Positions 12,141 through 23,242 of a stretch of 45,896 nt of DNA are shown here, piece after piece (position 1 is the stretch's first letter; each line of letters begins with the position of its first letter). The notes under the pieces are model-generated. The model worked only from the letters and a program-made list of their open reading frames with translations. It had not been told where the DNA came from and ran no database searches. Origin of the DNA: Octopus bimaculoides (taxonomy: Eukaryota); the NCBI RefSeq assembly GCF_001194135.2, contig NC_068981.1, positions 109,572,156 through 109,618,051 on the forward strand, in the 5' to 3' direction. Both the position numbers and the translations under genes were made by a program.

Positions 12141-12252
12141 ACAGGGGGACGTAAAAAGCACCATTCAAGCGTGACTGATGCCAGTGCCACCTGACTGGCA
12201 CCCGTGCTGGTGGTACATAAAAAGCATCATCTGTAACTTTTTATTAAATATT

Positions 12253-12468
12253 CGTTTCTACTCTAGGCACAAGGCCCGAAATTTTGGGGGAGGGGACCAG
12301 TCGATTAGATTGATCCGCAGTATGCAACTGGTATTTAATTTATTGACCCCGAAAGCATGAAAGGCAAAGTTGACCTTGACGGAATTTGAACTCAGAATGT
12401 AAAGACAGGCAAAATACTACTAAGCATGTTGCCCGGCGTGCTAACGTTTCTGCCAACTCACAGCCTTC
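12253..12468 (-). mobile_element. tRNA-derived SINE (Meta/MESC-like core) with 15-bp TSD
   Basis: Head ggctgtgagTTGGCAGAAACG...GAGTTCAAATTCC and core ctttgcctttcatgctttcggggtcaataaattaaataccag. Flanked by tttttattaaatatt at 12238-12252 and 12469-12483. Confidence 0.8.
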
Positions 12469-12949
12469 TTTTTATTAAATATTGATACCTTCAGATTTAT
12501 GGCTTTGTTCATGTGATCATGATTAGATTTTAGGGAAATTCAAACTCTTTATTAACTATTCTGAGTGTTGAAGATCCCAGTTGACATATGCTCTTTATTC
12601 CTACCTGTACACTCAATATGAAATTGAGTTTTAAAATTGAACCTCATCCAAAGGTGAACAAGAGCTTTCTCTCCAATCACAAGAGCTTTCTGATAAGCAA
12701 CAGTTTATCTCTCTTGAAGAATCAAAATAATTTTTTACGTGTGAGATTTAGGGGATTCAGTTTAGAGCCAAGAAGTTCAACCACAAACAATTTAGTAATT
12801 GTTCAGGTATCTGATGCACATTTGTGTCTTCCTACCTTAGCACCCCCCACCCCTTGCAAATAACCACAAAACCAAAGTTCTGTAACTGATAAGCAAAATT
12901 AACTCCGGAGGTTATTTAATTTTCTTTATTTTTGCTCACATCTACAATA

Positions 12950-13900
12950 AAAGTTCCTTAATTACCTGGTGGGTGTTAAAGATAGTCAATAGCTAAAATA
13001 TTTCAACAATTTCACATTTCATACTTCTTTTGGATGGACCAGTGGACTTTATAATGAATAAATTCAGACAAGTTACTTTTGATTAAAGGCAGTAACTGGA
13101 CTAAATATTTTCTGGCTTGTAACTTTTTAATATTTTTTTATGGTAATCATCCAAGCATTCTAATGTGAGCACCTAATCACAAGAAGACTAAACTTAGCGT
13201 ATTCCTTGAAAGTCATGGGATTTTCAGAGTGATACGCAAGTCGGGGTATCCTGATATCACCAGCAACATTTCCCTCCACAAGAACCATCAACAATTTTTG
13301 GAAGTTTTCAAGAGCCATGCACTTCCAGAAAACCCCAGTTTTGTCAACATTGTATATTTTGATGAGTAGCCAACTTCAGCAATAATTTTCTTCAGTTACC
13401 CATGATAATAAGCAGCAACCTCTTTATCAGCATGGATAGCTTTACCAGTTATTTTAAGGGGCAAAGTAAGTTTTCTCTTAAAGCTTTCAAACCAGCCTTT
13501 ACTTGTCCGAAAAGGTTTTGCACCAGAAGGTGTACCTTCTTGTTTCTACAAATTGTCACACCAACTTTTAAAATAAAAGTTTGAATAACTATTGTATTTA
13601 TTGACATATTGCATCTAGTCTGCTTGATGATCAACACACTCAGGAACTGTTCTATATTAATTATCTCATCAGATCTATGAAAAAACAGCGTCCGAGCAGT
13701 TAATGGAATAGCTGATTGAATGCTGTCTTTTTTTGTCACATGTTGTTCATACTGTGATCATTGCTAACTCTGATACTTTTTTGCTTTATAGCTGAGTATT
13801 TCTCCTGCATTAAATAAAACTTTGTAAAACAAAGTTTTAATGTTCAACTTAATCTCTTTATGACTCCTTTTCACACAAATGTCTTTACACCCACTCGATA
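12950..13900 (-). pseudogene. Decayed Tigger/pogo (DDE_1) transposase
   Basis: Fragments GKAIHADKEVAAYY..LKKIIAEVGY...IYNVDKTGVFWK and EGNVAGDIRIPRLAYHSENP...NAWM match Tigger motifs (FNVDETGLFWK; GGNAAGDFKLKP). Confidence 0.75.
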
Positions 13901-14613
13901 ATCTCTTTCCAGTCATCGTAAATATGGGTAATGCACTATATTGTACACATTTATTGCTATACCCTGCAGTAACAGTGATAGACAAGAAAATCCAAAGCAG
14001 TAGAATCTAAGGAAAATAATGATGTTCTACATCTGTAAAAAGTAGTGTTATTACTTTGAACACAAGAACAGAGCAAGAAAATAAAAGTGGTGAAGGTGTG
14101 ATGTTGAAAGTTGGGAGTTGTGCTATTGAGGAAGAAGTACTGTATGATTAAACATAATAGCTAGACCCAGTTCAGATGAATTAGTAGAGGACATGAGTAG
14201 GTGTTAATAAGAATATGGAGTGTAATGAAAAGTGAAGTTGGAGACAGCAATGGGAAGTGATATTTGATAGCAAGAGTGCTAAATAGTGAAAAAACAAAAG
14301 TGGGTGGGGAGAATAAGGAAATAAACATAAAGAATTAAATTGGTTGTCTGTAAGTGACAAAAATGTCCAGAGAATGGTGGCAGAAAATGGCTAGGCTGAA
14401 CGTATTAAAGTGTTACTCAAAATTGGCATTTCTTTTCAAAATATGTTTTATACACATCCCAATTTTAGTTTTTAAAATTGTTAAGAACCATCTGAACTGC
14501 CATTAGAGTTCAATTATAAGCTACATCCCGAAATTAGTGGTCAGTTTTTGCAAGCATGGCATTCTGCAACCAGAGTTTCTGTAACATAGGATGCTGTCCC
14601 TTTGACTTTCAAT

Positions 14614-14880
14614 ACTAGAAAAGCACTCGGAGAGCAAAGACCTCCACCAAGCAGCTCATTTTAAGATAGATACGCGACTAAATTTACTAATAGAGAAACG
14701 AAAATAAACTTTGGAAACAGTAACACCACCATAGGTTACATGAAAACGATGAATTTGTTTTCAAGGGAGATAACCAAAGAACGTAAAATTGTAATATTTC
14801 ATGTAAAGTTTATAAAGAATATTCAAAAGGAATATTTTATTGAACTTATATTAAGTGCTCTATTACTTTGAGCAAATAGA
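14614..14880 (+). mobile_element. 5' part of a Helentron/DINE-like element
   Basis: actagaaaagcactcggagagcaaagaCCTCCACCAAG; the capitalised subterminal repeat is complementary (one mismatch) to cttggcagagg at 19141-19151. Confidence 0.55.
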
Positions 14881-17268
14881 TATATGAAAATGCCTGACTT
14901 TATACCTTTCATCCTCGTTTTCCAAATAACCTGTCTTGCAATTGCTACCACAGTGAGAAAACAAATCTTACCTTCTTTCGAGAGGAAATCCGGCGGGTCA
15001 ATTTTTACAATTGATTCAGTCGATAGCTGTACTCTTCTAGTACCTGACAACAGTTGTTCAGCACATACCCACACCTCCGACACCTCCGAACATTGTACAA
15101 TAGCGTGCGGGGTGGTTTCCATGTCCCGCCCGCACCTTGGACAAGTCGGAGGGACGGCGCAACCATGTCTTGCGTGTTTGTCCCGAACAGGTAAGGCCCC
15201 TCGGTAACATTGCCATGCCAGAAACTTCTGAAAATTATCCAGGGCCTTTGGCCTGAATGTACGTTGGAATAGACTGGCCAGCTGATTATCGTCAAGACCT
15301 AGGGTTTCCCCTAAGGTGTCATCACATTTCGCCTCTACAAGCCCTCTATAGAAGAATGCGGTGGAACCCCCACCGCAGGTATTGCACAAGCGACGGAATA
15401 GCAGGAGTACCTTGCGACACTCTGTATACCATGTACCCAACTTTGATCTTCGATTCAACCAGGTTTCCAATCCACCGAAACTAGTGAACTTGGGAAACAT
15501 CTGTTTCGCCAGCGGAGACCACACCCGTTCACCATCCAGGTAGAGCGAAAGATGCCTCAACCTCAGCGCATGTTTGCGCATCAACAGCCAAGGCCTCCCA
15601 AGTCCACCCATTAATGGTTGTTGGCAGCAAATAGAGCTTCTCATAAGTGGATTCGAGCACTTCCACAAAAAGTGGAAGAGCTGTCTTTCCAGCTTGATTA
15701 ACCATGAATCGGGGCAAGGAACGGCGGTTAGGCGGTAGGTAATGACCGATGCAATGAACACATTGGCTGTGCCTCCCCGATCAGACCATCCGCGACACGC
15801 ACCAATCTTGTCCATAACACTTTGGCCAAAATCTTCAACTCTGTGTTTAGCAGAGTGATGGGCCAAAAATTATCAATGGAATCCCCCTTGTTCGGGTCCT
15901 TTCTGACTAGCGTCACCCCCCCCCCACCGGCGCACAGATAAGGGAATAAACCTATTCTGCTGCCAGTTCGCGTAGACATTTGCCAGTAGGTGCCCGAACA
16001 AGTCTGGCATACTTTTATACACCTCGTAGGGTAAACCATCCAGTCCTGGCGCCTTACCCGCGCTGCAGTCCACCATCGCCTTAATTATTTCNNNNNNNNN
16101 NNNNNNNNNNNNNNNNNNNNNNNNNNNNNNNNNNNNNNNNNNNNNNNNNNNNNNNNNNNNNNNNNNNNNNNNNNNNNNNNNNNNNNNNNNNNNNNNNNNN
16201 NNNNNNNNNNNNNNNNNNNNNNNNNNNNNNNNNNNNNNNNNNNNNNNNNNNNNNNNNNNNNNNNNNNNNNNNNNNNNNNNNNNCCTTGATTCCCTCACAA
16301 TCCATAGCACGAATTCTAGCCCTGACAATGCAAACCATGTGTTTGGCTTCGAGGTGCTGGTTTAATGCCAGTCTCTTGACCTTCACCTGAGTCGCAGAGC
16401 CAGTTCTCGTTGCTTCCTCTAATTCCTTAACTAAAACTGTTTCCTTCCTACGCTCTCTAGCCACTAAACTTATGCTATATCTAACAGACTCAAATTTAAT
16501 GGCTCGTTTGAGGGCATACCACCATTTATTATTAATAATGGCGCCGGTTAATGCCCTCTGAATCAACAAACTAATCCGATCTCTGTACTCCTTAATTGCC
16601 AAAAGGGATGTATTAAGTTTCCAGTAGCCGGAGCCTCTCGTATATCGCTTATCTATGTCGAGCCTACAAGTGATCGTTTTATGATCACTGTAGCTGACTG
16701 GGTAAAACTGTGGACACTTAGCTATATTTCTATCTACTTTTCTAATTAACACTCTGTCTATGTATGATCTGGAAGATCCGTCGCTATTTGACCAAGTCCA
16801 GATTGGAGAGTATTTTCTCGCTGCCTCTTCTGACCTGAACCTTACTTCTATTGTTCCGAATCTCTTTGCTCGGTTGATATAGGTAATTTCAAGCCATATT
16901 TTTTTTAAACATTTCTCTATCATTTTTTCTTCCATTTTAAAAATCCTTTTTTTTCTGTGCTGTATGTCTTATATATTATCCTTTTTTTTTCCACTGATTC
17001 TGATTCATCTTTTGGGGTGGCAACTTGAATCTCTGACCCCTCCTTTTTAATTAATGTCATGTACTTTTGCAGGTTACTACAATCCGTATTTATTTCTATG
17101 CTCTTTCTACCTGCTACCTCTGCAAACTTTTTTGGTGACACTTCCGTTGAAGCTGCCGGTGAAATTTCATCACCGAAAATGCTTGTAAATGCTTCACCCA
17201 GAGGTGGGAATTCACTTGGTGAATTCAAAAGGTTTTCCATTTTTTTTTTCCAAGTTGGCTTAAAAGCC
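14880..17268 (-). mobile_element. Tx1/L1-clade LINE, internally deleted
   Basis: ORF1 start at 17240. APE C-terminus WTW...SYIDRVL...SDH...GSGYWKLNTSLL; RT N-terminus KAPGLDGLPYE...KGDSIDNFWPITLLNTELKILAK; post-RT region and C-terminal CPRCG..ET..HAI..C. RT core absent. Confidence 0.9.
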
Positions 17269-17315
17269 NNNNNNNNNNGTGTCTAGATTTAACACGTATA
17301 TATATCTAACATTTA

Positions 17316-17346
<31 letters not shown>

Positions 17347-17839
17347 ATATTTACACACATACACACACATATACATATATACATACTTTTTATACATATC
17401 GATACAAATGCTTATACAAATACACACATGTGTTTTTTTCTATTCTACCTTGTTTTTGGATCTATTATAATATTTAAAGNNNNNNNNNNATTACAGATTT
17501 TGAAAATCAAAACTTACTAATAACAGAGAATAATTAGAAAAACACGTTCAACCATCCACTGCAAATATTTCATTATTAAAAAAATTTGGTTAGAATTGAG
17601 ATAATTATATATAGAAGTTTTTTTTATTTGTCAGAAGATTCTATTTCAAATTCAATATGAATATTATTATTACTTATAAAAGTAATATAATAGAATCTAG
17701 GTTCAAATTCTTAAGTGTTTAGATTAAACATTAATTTTTAATTTTAATTTAATATACTTATGAAAGTATTGTAGATTACTAGTATTTGAGTTCAATTATT
17801 AAGTGTCTAGATTTAACACGTATATATATCTAACATTTA

Positions 17840-17870
<31 letters not shown>

Positions 17871-17963
17871 ATATTTACACACATACACACACATATACAT
17901 ATATACATACTTTTTATACATATCGATACAAATGCTTATACAAATACACACATGTGTTTTTTT

Positions 17964-18460
17964 CTATTCTACCTTGTTTTTGGATCTATTATAATATTTA
18001 AAGGTTTTGTAGTACCTATGTTTACATGATGATTTCGCGTCAGACTTGCTATTTATTAAATTATCAAATTTATATAGTAATATATGCAGTGATTCTAATG
18101 TGCATAAATGGCAATTATTTGATTTATGTGTATATGGTATGGCAGAATCTATTATTGACCAGTCCAATTTATAATTAATTTTGTTTTTATTGAATTTCTG
18201 TATATATGTGGCTAATGAAGTTGTATTATTATTTATATTTGGTTTAAATGAATGTATTGTCTTATATTTGGTTTAAATGAATGTATTGCCTTTTACAAGG
18301 CAATTGTAAAAGACTTAATATAATATATAAATGCATAGTTACAATAATTAATAATTCACATAAAATGGTATACATTTTAAACAAAGATATCTGGTGCATG
18401 TACATTTTCCAAATTATATGAGGGATTGGATTTACAAATTCTCAAAGGACAGTATATGTT
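17964..18460 (-). mobile_element. Penelope-like element, GIY-YIG endonuclease C-terminal fragment
   Basis: HSFKPNINNNTTSLATYIQK...INYKLDWSIIDSAIPY..KSNNCHLCTLESLHIL...LINSKSD..SSCKHR matches the Penelope endonuclease C-terminal pattern. Confidence 0.8.
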
Positions 18461-18576
18461 TTTAATATTGTTAATATTGTTAATATTTTTTAATATTTTA
18501 ATTAATATCATCCTATAGCATATTTTATTTTATTATGTATACCATTTGTTTTCACATATATAATAATAACTTTATA

Positions 18577-18666
18577 CATCTCTGAAGAGCGGAATTATTG
18601 CCAATATGCTTGTCTATATTAGATTACATTATAAAGGCAATAATATCTGTGAAACGATCATAAGAT
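18577..18666 (+). ncRNA. Decayed type I hammerhead ribozyme motif
   Basis: CTGAAGA (18582-18588), stem II gcgga-attattgcc / ggcaataat-a-tctgt, GAAAC (18651-18655), GATC, then partial stem I atct/agat. Confidence 0.6.
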
Positions 18667-18949
18667 ACATTTTAGACTTTTAGACTTTTATAATATTTTA
18701 ATCGAATTATATTTATACTCACTTACGCATACATTTTTATATACATTTATGTACGCATATATTTTTATATACATTTATATTTTTTATATACATTTATATT
18801 TTGTATATCTTAAATTTTAATTTAATTATAGTTCAAAATAATTATTGTGCCATATAAAACATATATCCTTCAGAAATTCGAATATTGGTTTCCTGTGAAT
18901 ATTGTTAATAATTTTATTAATAATAAAAAAATATATATATATACTTCAT

Positions 18950-19157
18950 GTAAAGTAAATATAACAAATGAAAAATCCTTCAAAAATCCATAAAAATTCC
19001 CAGATCACTACCAAAATTTCATCATCTGTTCCTTATGTCATTCCAAACTTTTTCTGCAAGTTTCATCAAATACCGTTCACAACTTTTGCACACAGACGGA
19101 CAGACAGACAAAAAACGCTGATGAAAATATAACCTCCTTCCTTGGCAGAGGTAATAA
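18950..19157 (+). mobile_element. 3' part of a Helentron/DINE-like element
   Basis: cagatcactaccaaaatt..., a (GACA)n run and the terminal hairpin aacctccttccttggcagaggtaataa; same architecture as 8040-8658. Confidence 0.65.
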
Positions 19158-20239
19158 ACACTTTAAACATGACAGGAGACATATGAGAAGTAGCTAAAAA
19201 AATACATGAAAAAAAAAACAGAAGAACAAAGAAACAAGACATTTATTATAGACAAATTGCGGGAATGAACTTGCGTGACTGCAGCTTCTTGAGTAACCAT
19301 TAATCTTGTAGATAATAAAAAGAAAATCAGAGCATTGAATGACATAGCATGATAGACAAGGCTTCACCTTAGGGGAAAAGAAGGATGAAGAGAAAAAGGA
19401 TTAAGAGTTGCAACTTAGTATAATTGCTGATACATTTGAGTTGAGCTGAAGTAGCATGGAAACAATTCTTTTAATGGCTATTAGAAGATTTAATAACATG
19501 AAATTACTTTTTATGGGGGATTATTTCAGTTAGGGTTTAAATTTATATTTTTATGCAAATGATTTGAGATATACATTAAGAGTTTTCCTTCTTACATCAA
19601 ATAAAATTAAGTTTATCTTGGACAACATACTTAAAATGTTAAGAAATATTTGTGGGACTGTGCAAGCAATACTTACAGACCCCTAGTGTTGTTACTTTCG
19701 GGAACATGCTTACGTCTTTCTAGGTAACTTGTAGACTTATGGGCAGGCCATTTAGGGTCAGACGTTTTTAGATAGCTTTTTAGTTGGGTTAGAGGGTATG
19801 AATAGTGTAGGATGTATACAGTTTCGAATAGTAAGCTATACAGATCACTAATTTATGAGCTGCATGGTCAACTTAGATAAGACTTAGGGAAAGGATTGGT
19901 TACTGGTTGTCGAGTGTGTCATACCTTGCAGAAAAAAAAAAAAGAAACAAATTGCACAGAGGCTGTATTAATGAGTAGATTAGACAAGAACTGAAAGGAG
20001 CAAACATCAACATGGGTGGTAGGTATCCAAATAGAGAAAGATCAGAGTTGATAAAATTTATCATGGATGTAATAATACAAAACAGCAATTTGGTGAGTAA
20101 ACTAGAAGAGATATTAAAAAAGGTAACACACTTGAGTGCTAAGGACCAAAATGGCATTCATTTCTTTGATGTAAAATGCAAGTTGCACTGTTCAAGCTAG
20201 TGTGCTCTTAGACACAAAATTGCAAAATAGATCCAATAA

Positions 20240-21330
20240 GCCATGGCAGCAAATGCGTGAAGTAGAGCCAAAGCTACAATTTGATCTTTGACATATCATG
20301 ATGGATGCATGTTATCCAATTCCATGCAGACATGTGAGGTGTTTAGTGACATTTCCCCTGACAGTAGGGAGATTCTCGCCAGGAAAGGTGAAGTATAGAT
20401 AAATGCAAAGTCATCAGTTAATGTCGATTCTGTCCCTTTTCATTTTACATGCATCCATCACTACATCTGAATGGTCTTTGGATCTAGTCCATGAGTTCAC
20501 AGATGATGATGGGGATGTTTGCTATTCACTGTCAGTGGATCAAAGATGACTAAAATTGATGGCTTACAGGAAATAAAAAACGTAACAAGGCTTCTGTAGT
20601 TAAACCTGTAGAAGAATTGTAATTTCCAGAGCTGATCTGGTCACTTTTCAACTGCTTCAACAATTGCCATCTTGCAATACAAGCCACTGCCATCGCTGAC
20701 TGGTGCTACTTGCAATAAATAACTGTGACAGCCAATGTAGACAACTTGGCAATTCTCTAGCACATCTAAACTGGCACCAATTGGAGAGATTTGATAGCCA
20801 TCAGCATGACTAAGTTTTTCAGCATATAATTACTTATATACCTTTTGACTTATTACAAACATTGCTCTCTCTCTCTGTTAGCCTGGATCCAGATTCATTC
20901 ACCCAAAGCAGTGTTAATACTAATTTGGAGAGGATAGATCTTAGGGTGCCATAGAAGATGATGTGCAAATATGAATTGAGGCAAAGACATCTGCAGATTC
21001 AGGGATGCTGTGGTCTGATTCTTGTTATTTCCAAAACATACTTTCTTCCATTGTTTGCATATTTGACTGATGTTGCGTTGTTGGTCCAACATAGACTGAG
21101 GGTAACTGACATCTAAACAATGCTCTCAGTTGTTTATCCATCACTGCATTCGAAAGAAAGAAGAGGAAGGATATAAATCACAATGACCTGTAAAGTATTG
21201 CATGTGTCTTGAGAATGTTTACACAGGATGTTCAAGATGGGATTATGGATAATTTCGAAAATCCCAAGTGGAAGATACAGAAAACCACTTGCAGATGAGG
21301 TTTACATATTGTTGGGTCATTCATCTTTTT
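20240..21330 (-). mobile_element. Highly decayed non-LTR (possibly I/Nimbus-like) ORF2 fragment
   Basis: Broken peptide resembling CH.T.PGLD.IHHDM.K (EN-RT linker) near 20300-20370; the rest is too degenerate to confirm. Confidence 0.3.
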
Positions 21331-21334
21331 CCTT

Positions 21335-21677
21335 TTTTTTACTTGTTTCAGTCATTTAACTACAGCCATGCTGGGGCACTACCTTGACGGGTTTAATCAG
21401 ATGAATTAACCTTAGTCACTTTTTGCTGAACCTCTAAGTTATGAGACACAAACAAACCAACACCATTGACATAGTGGGGTAGAAAAGCAAACACAAAGAC
21501 ACACACAAATAGATACATACATATATATATATGACATGCATTTTTCCATTTTCTGTCTATCAAATCCACTCACAAGGATTTATTTGATTGGCCCAAGGTT
21601 ATAGTAGAAGACACTTACCCAAAGTGCAACACAGTAGGACTGAACCTGAAACCATATGGTTGGGAAGTAAACTTCCT
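21335..21677 (-). mobile_element. Degenerate copy of the tRNA/CORE-like SINE
   Basis: Aligns by eye to 4245-4620 (acttgtttcagtcattt...gctatagtagaagacacttacccaa...ggactgaacctg). Confidence 0.8.
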
Positions 21678-22010
21678 AGAAACTCAACAGGATAACAGGT
21701 GTTGGATTTTGAAAGCAACTGGAGACCAATGTCAACAACAACATTAAGTTATACAAACTTATTATGTGACTTAACTATCATCTTTCATGTCACCACTAAC
21801 AAGTAGACTTATCAGTTTATAAAATCTTCACTTTAATGGTAGTGAGTTAGCTATATTTTTAAGTTAACATAAGGATTGAGAAAAACCAACAAATATACAA
21901 GCAAACAGAAAAGCATTGTCTATACACTCTTTGTCAAGGAAGATTTGAAATAATAAGTGGGCAAGGTTATACCTTGCTGTTTCTTAACATATATGTAGTT
22001 ACGATCACTT

Positions 22011-22041
<31 letters not shown>

Positions 22042-23242
22042 GCGCGCACACACACACACTGTGTAGGCTGTTGAAAAGTCTTACTTTCAGGGAATTTAAT
22101 AAAAATCATCAGTACTCATTAATCATCATAATCTGTTTACAGGTAAATATGAGGCTGCAACTAAGATTCCAATACATGCCTTTCAGTAAACTGTGTTTTT
22201 GATATACTGATCCAGCCCAGAAATAAATAAATGCGAGCTGGGCATTATTAAAAAGAAAATTAAAGAAATAGCATTCTTGGTCAGTAGCTCTGAACTGACA
22301 AATATTAGCTCCATCTCCATAATAATAAACAAAGAAGAAATATTAGGGAAAATTACTCCCCACGCCTTTATTAATGAGAACAAAATATTTTGCATCCTTA
22401 TCATTCTTCTTTCTTTGATGTTGGACAGGTTTAAAAAGTTTAAAAGCATTTTTATTAAACTAGGCAATTTGTCTGCCCCACTTTTCAGTCATTACAACCC
22501 TTCACCTCATCCTGGTGAGGTTTAGCTAACTGCTGTTTAGCCCCATGTCAATCTTGATCAAACAGCTCTATGATCAAACAGCTCTATGATCAAAGCCATT
22601 CCAGTCATGACCAACTGGCATTTTTAAGGAGTGTGCCTGGAATTGCCATTAGCTAATGTGTCTTTTCTTTTCTCAAGGCAGTAGGATGTGATTTAAGGGC
22701 TGTTTGGCTGATATTTGTAGTAGTTAACAATGACATAAAGATTTCCTTATTAACATGAGGCAATATTGACTTGTAGTATTTGAAATATTTCACTTAAATG
22801 TCAAAGTGTCACTGGAAGATGTCTGTGGTTAAGTCACTAAAATACAAGTTGTGTTGTAAAGGAGAAACACTGTTATAAAGAAAATATATTTATGTTGTCT
22901 GAGCGAGAAGCATCTTCTTAAACTTCTGCACAATATATAAATGTTTTAAATCAAGTTATTACTGACACATCATTTTGTTTGAACATATATTAAAATATTG
23001 ATTTCTTTCCTTAGATTTAAAAAAGAGAAGAAATGGAAAATTATGACTTTCAAATCATTCTCACAATACCAATGTAACCTTTGATGCACATATCTTTATA
23101 AATAGAGAATGTTCAACAAGACACGAATAAAAGGTAAACCTAGTGAAATTAGTTTGCTACCAGGAATATAAAGAAGCTAGTAGATCATGTGTAATGCCAA
23201 CAGAAGTGCTAGTGTATTCACAGCCTTGTTCATGCTTTAAAG

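Noticed and set aside
19677-19830. gtaagt donor preceded by ~55 open codons on the minus strand
   Set aside because: Weak acceptor and no recognisable peptide; compatible with chance.
22183-22525. Overlapping ORFs on both strands (94 and 82+ aa)
   Set aside because: No recognisable motifs or convincing splice sites; low-complexity AT-rich codons.
22554-22595. Short tandem duplication (tgatcaaacagctcta); also a 29-bp duplication at 18233-18290
   Set aside because: Ordinary slippage events inside old repeats.
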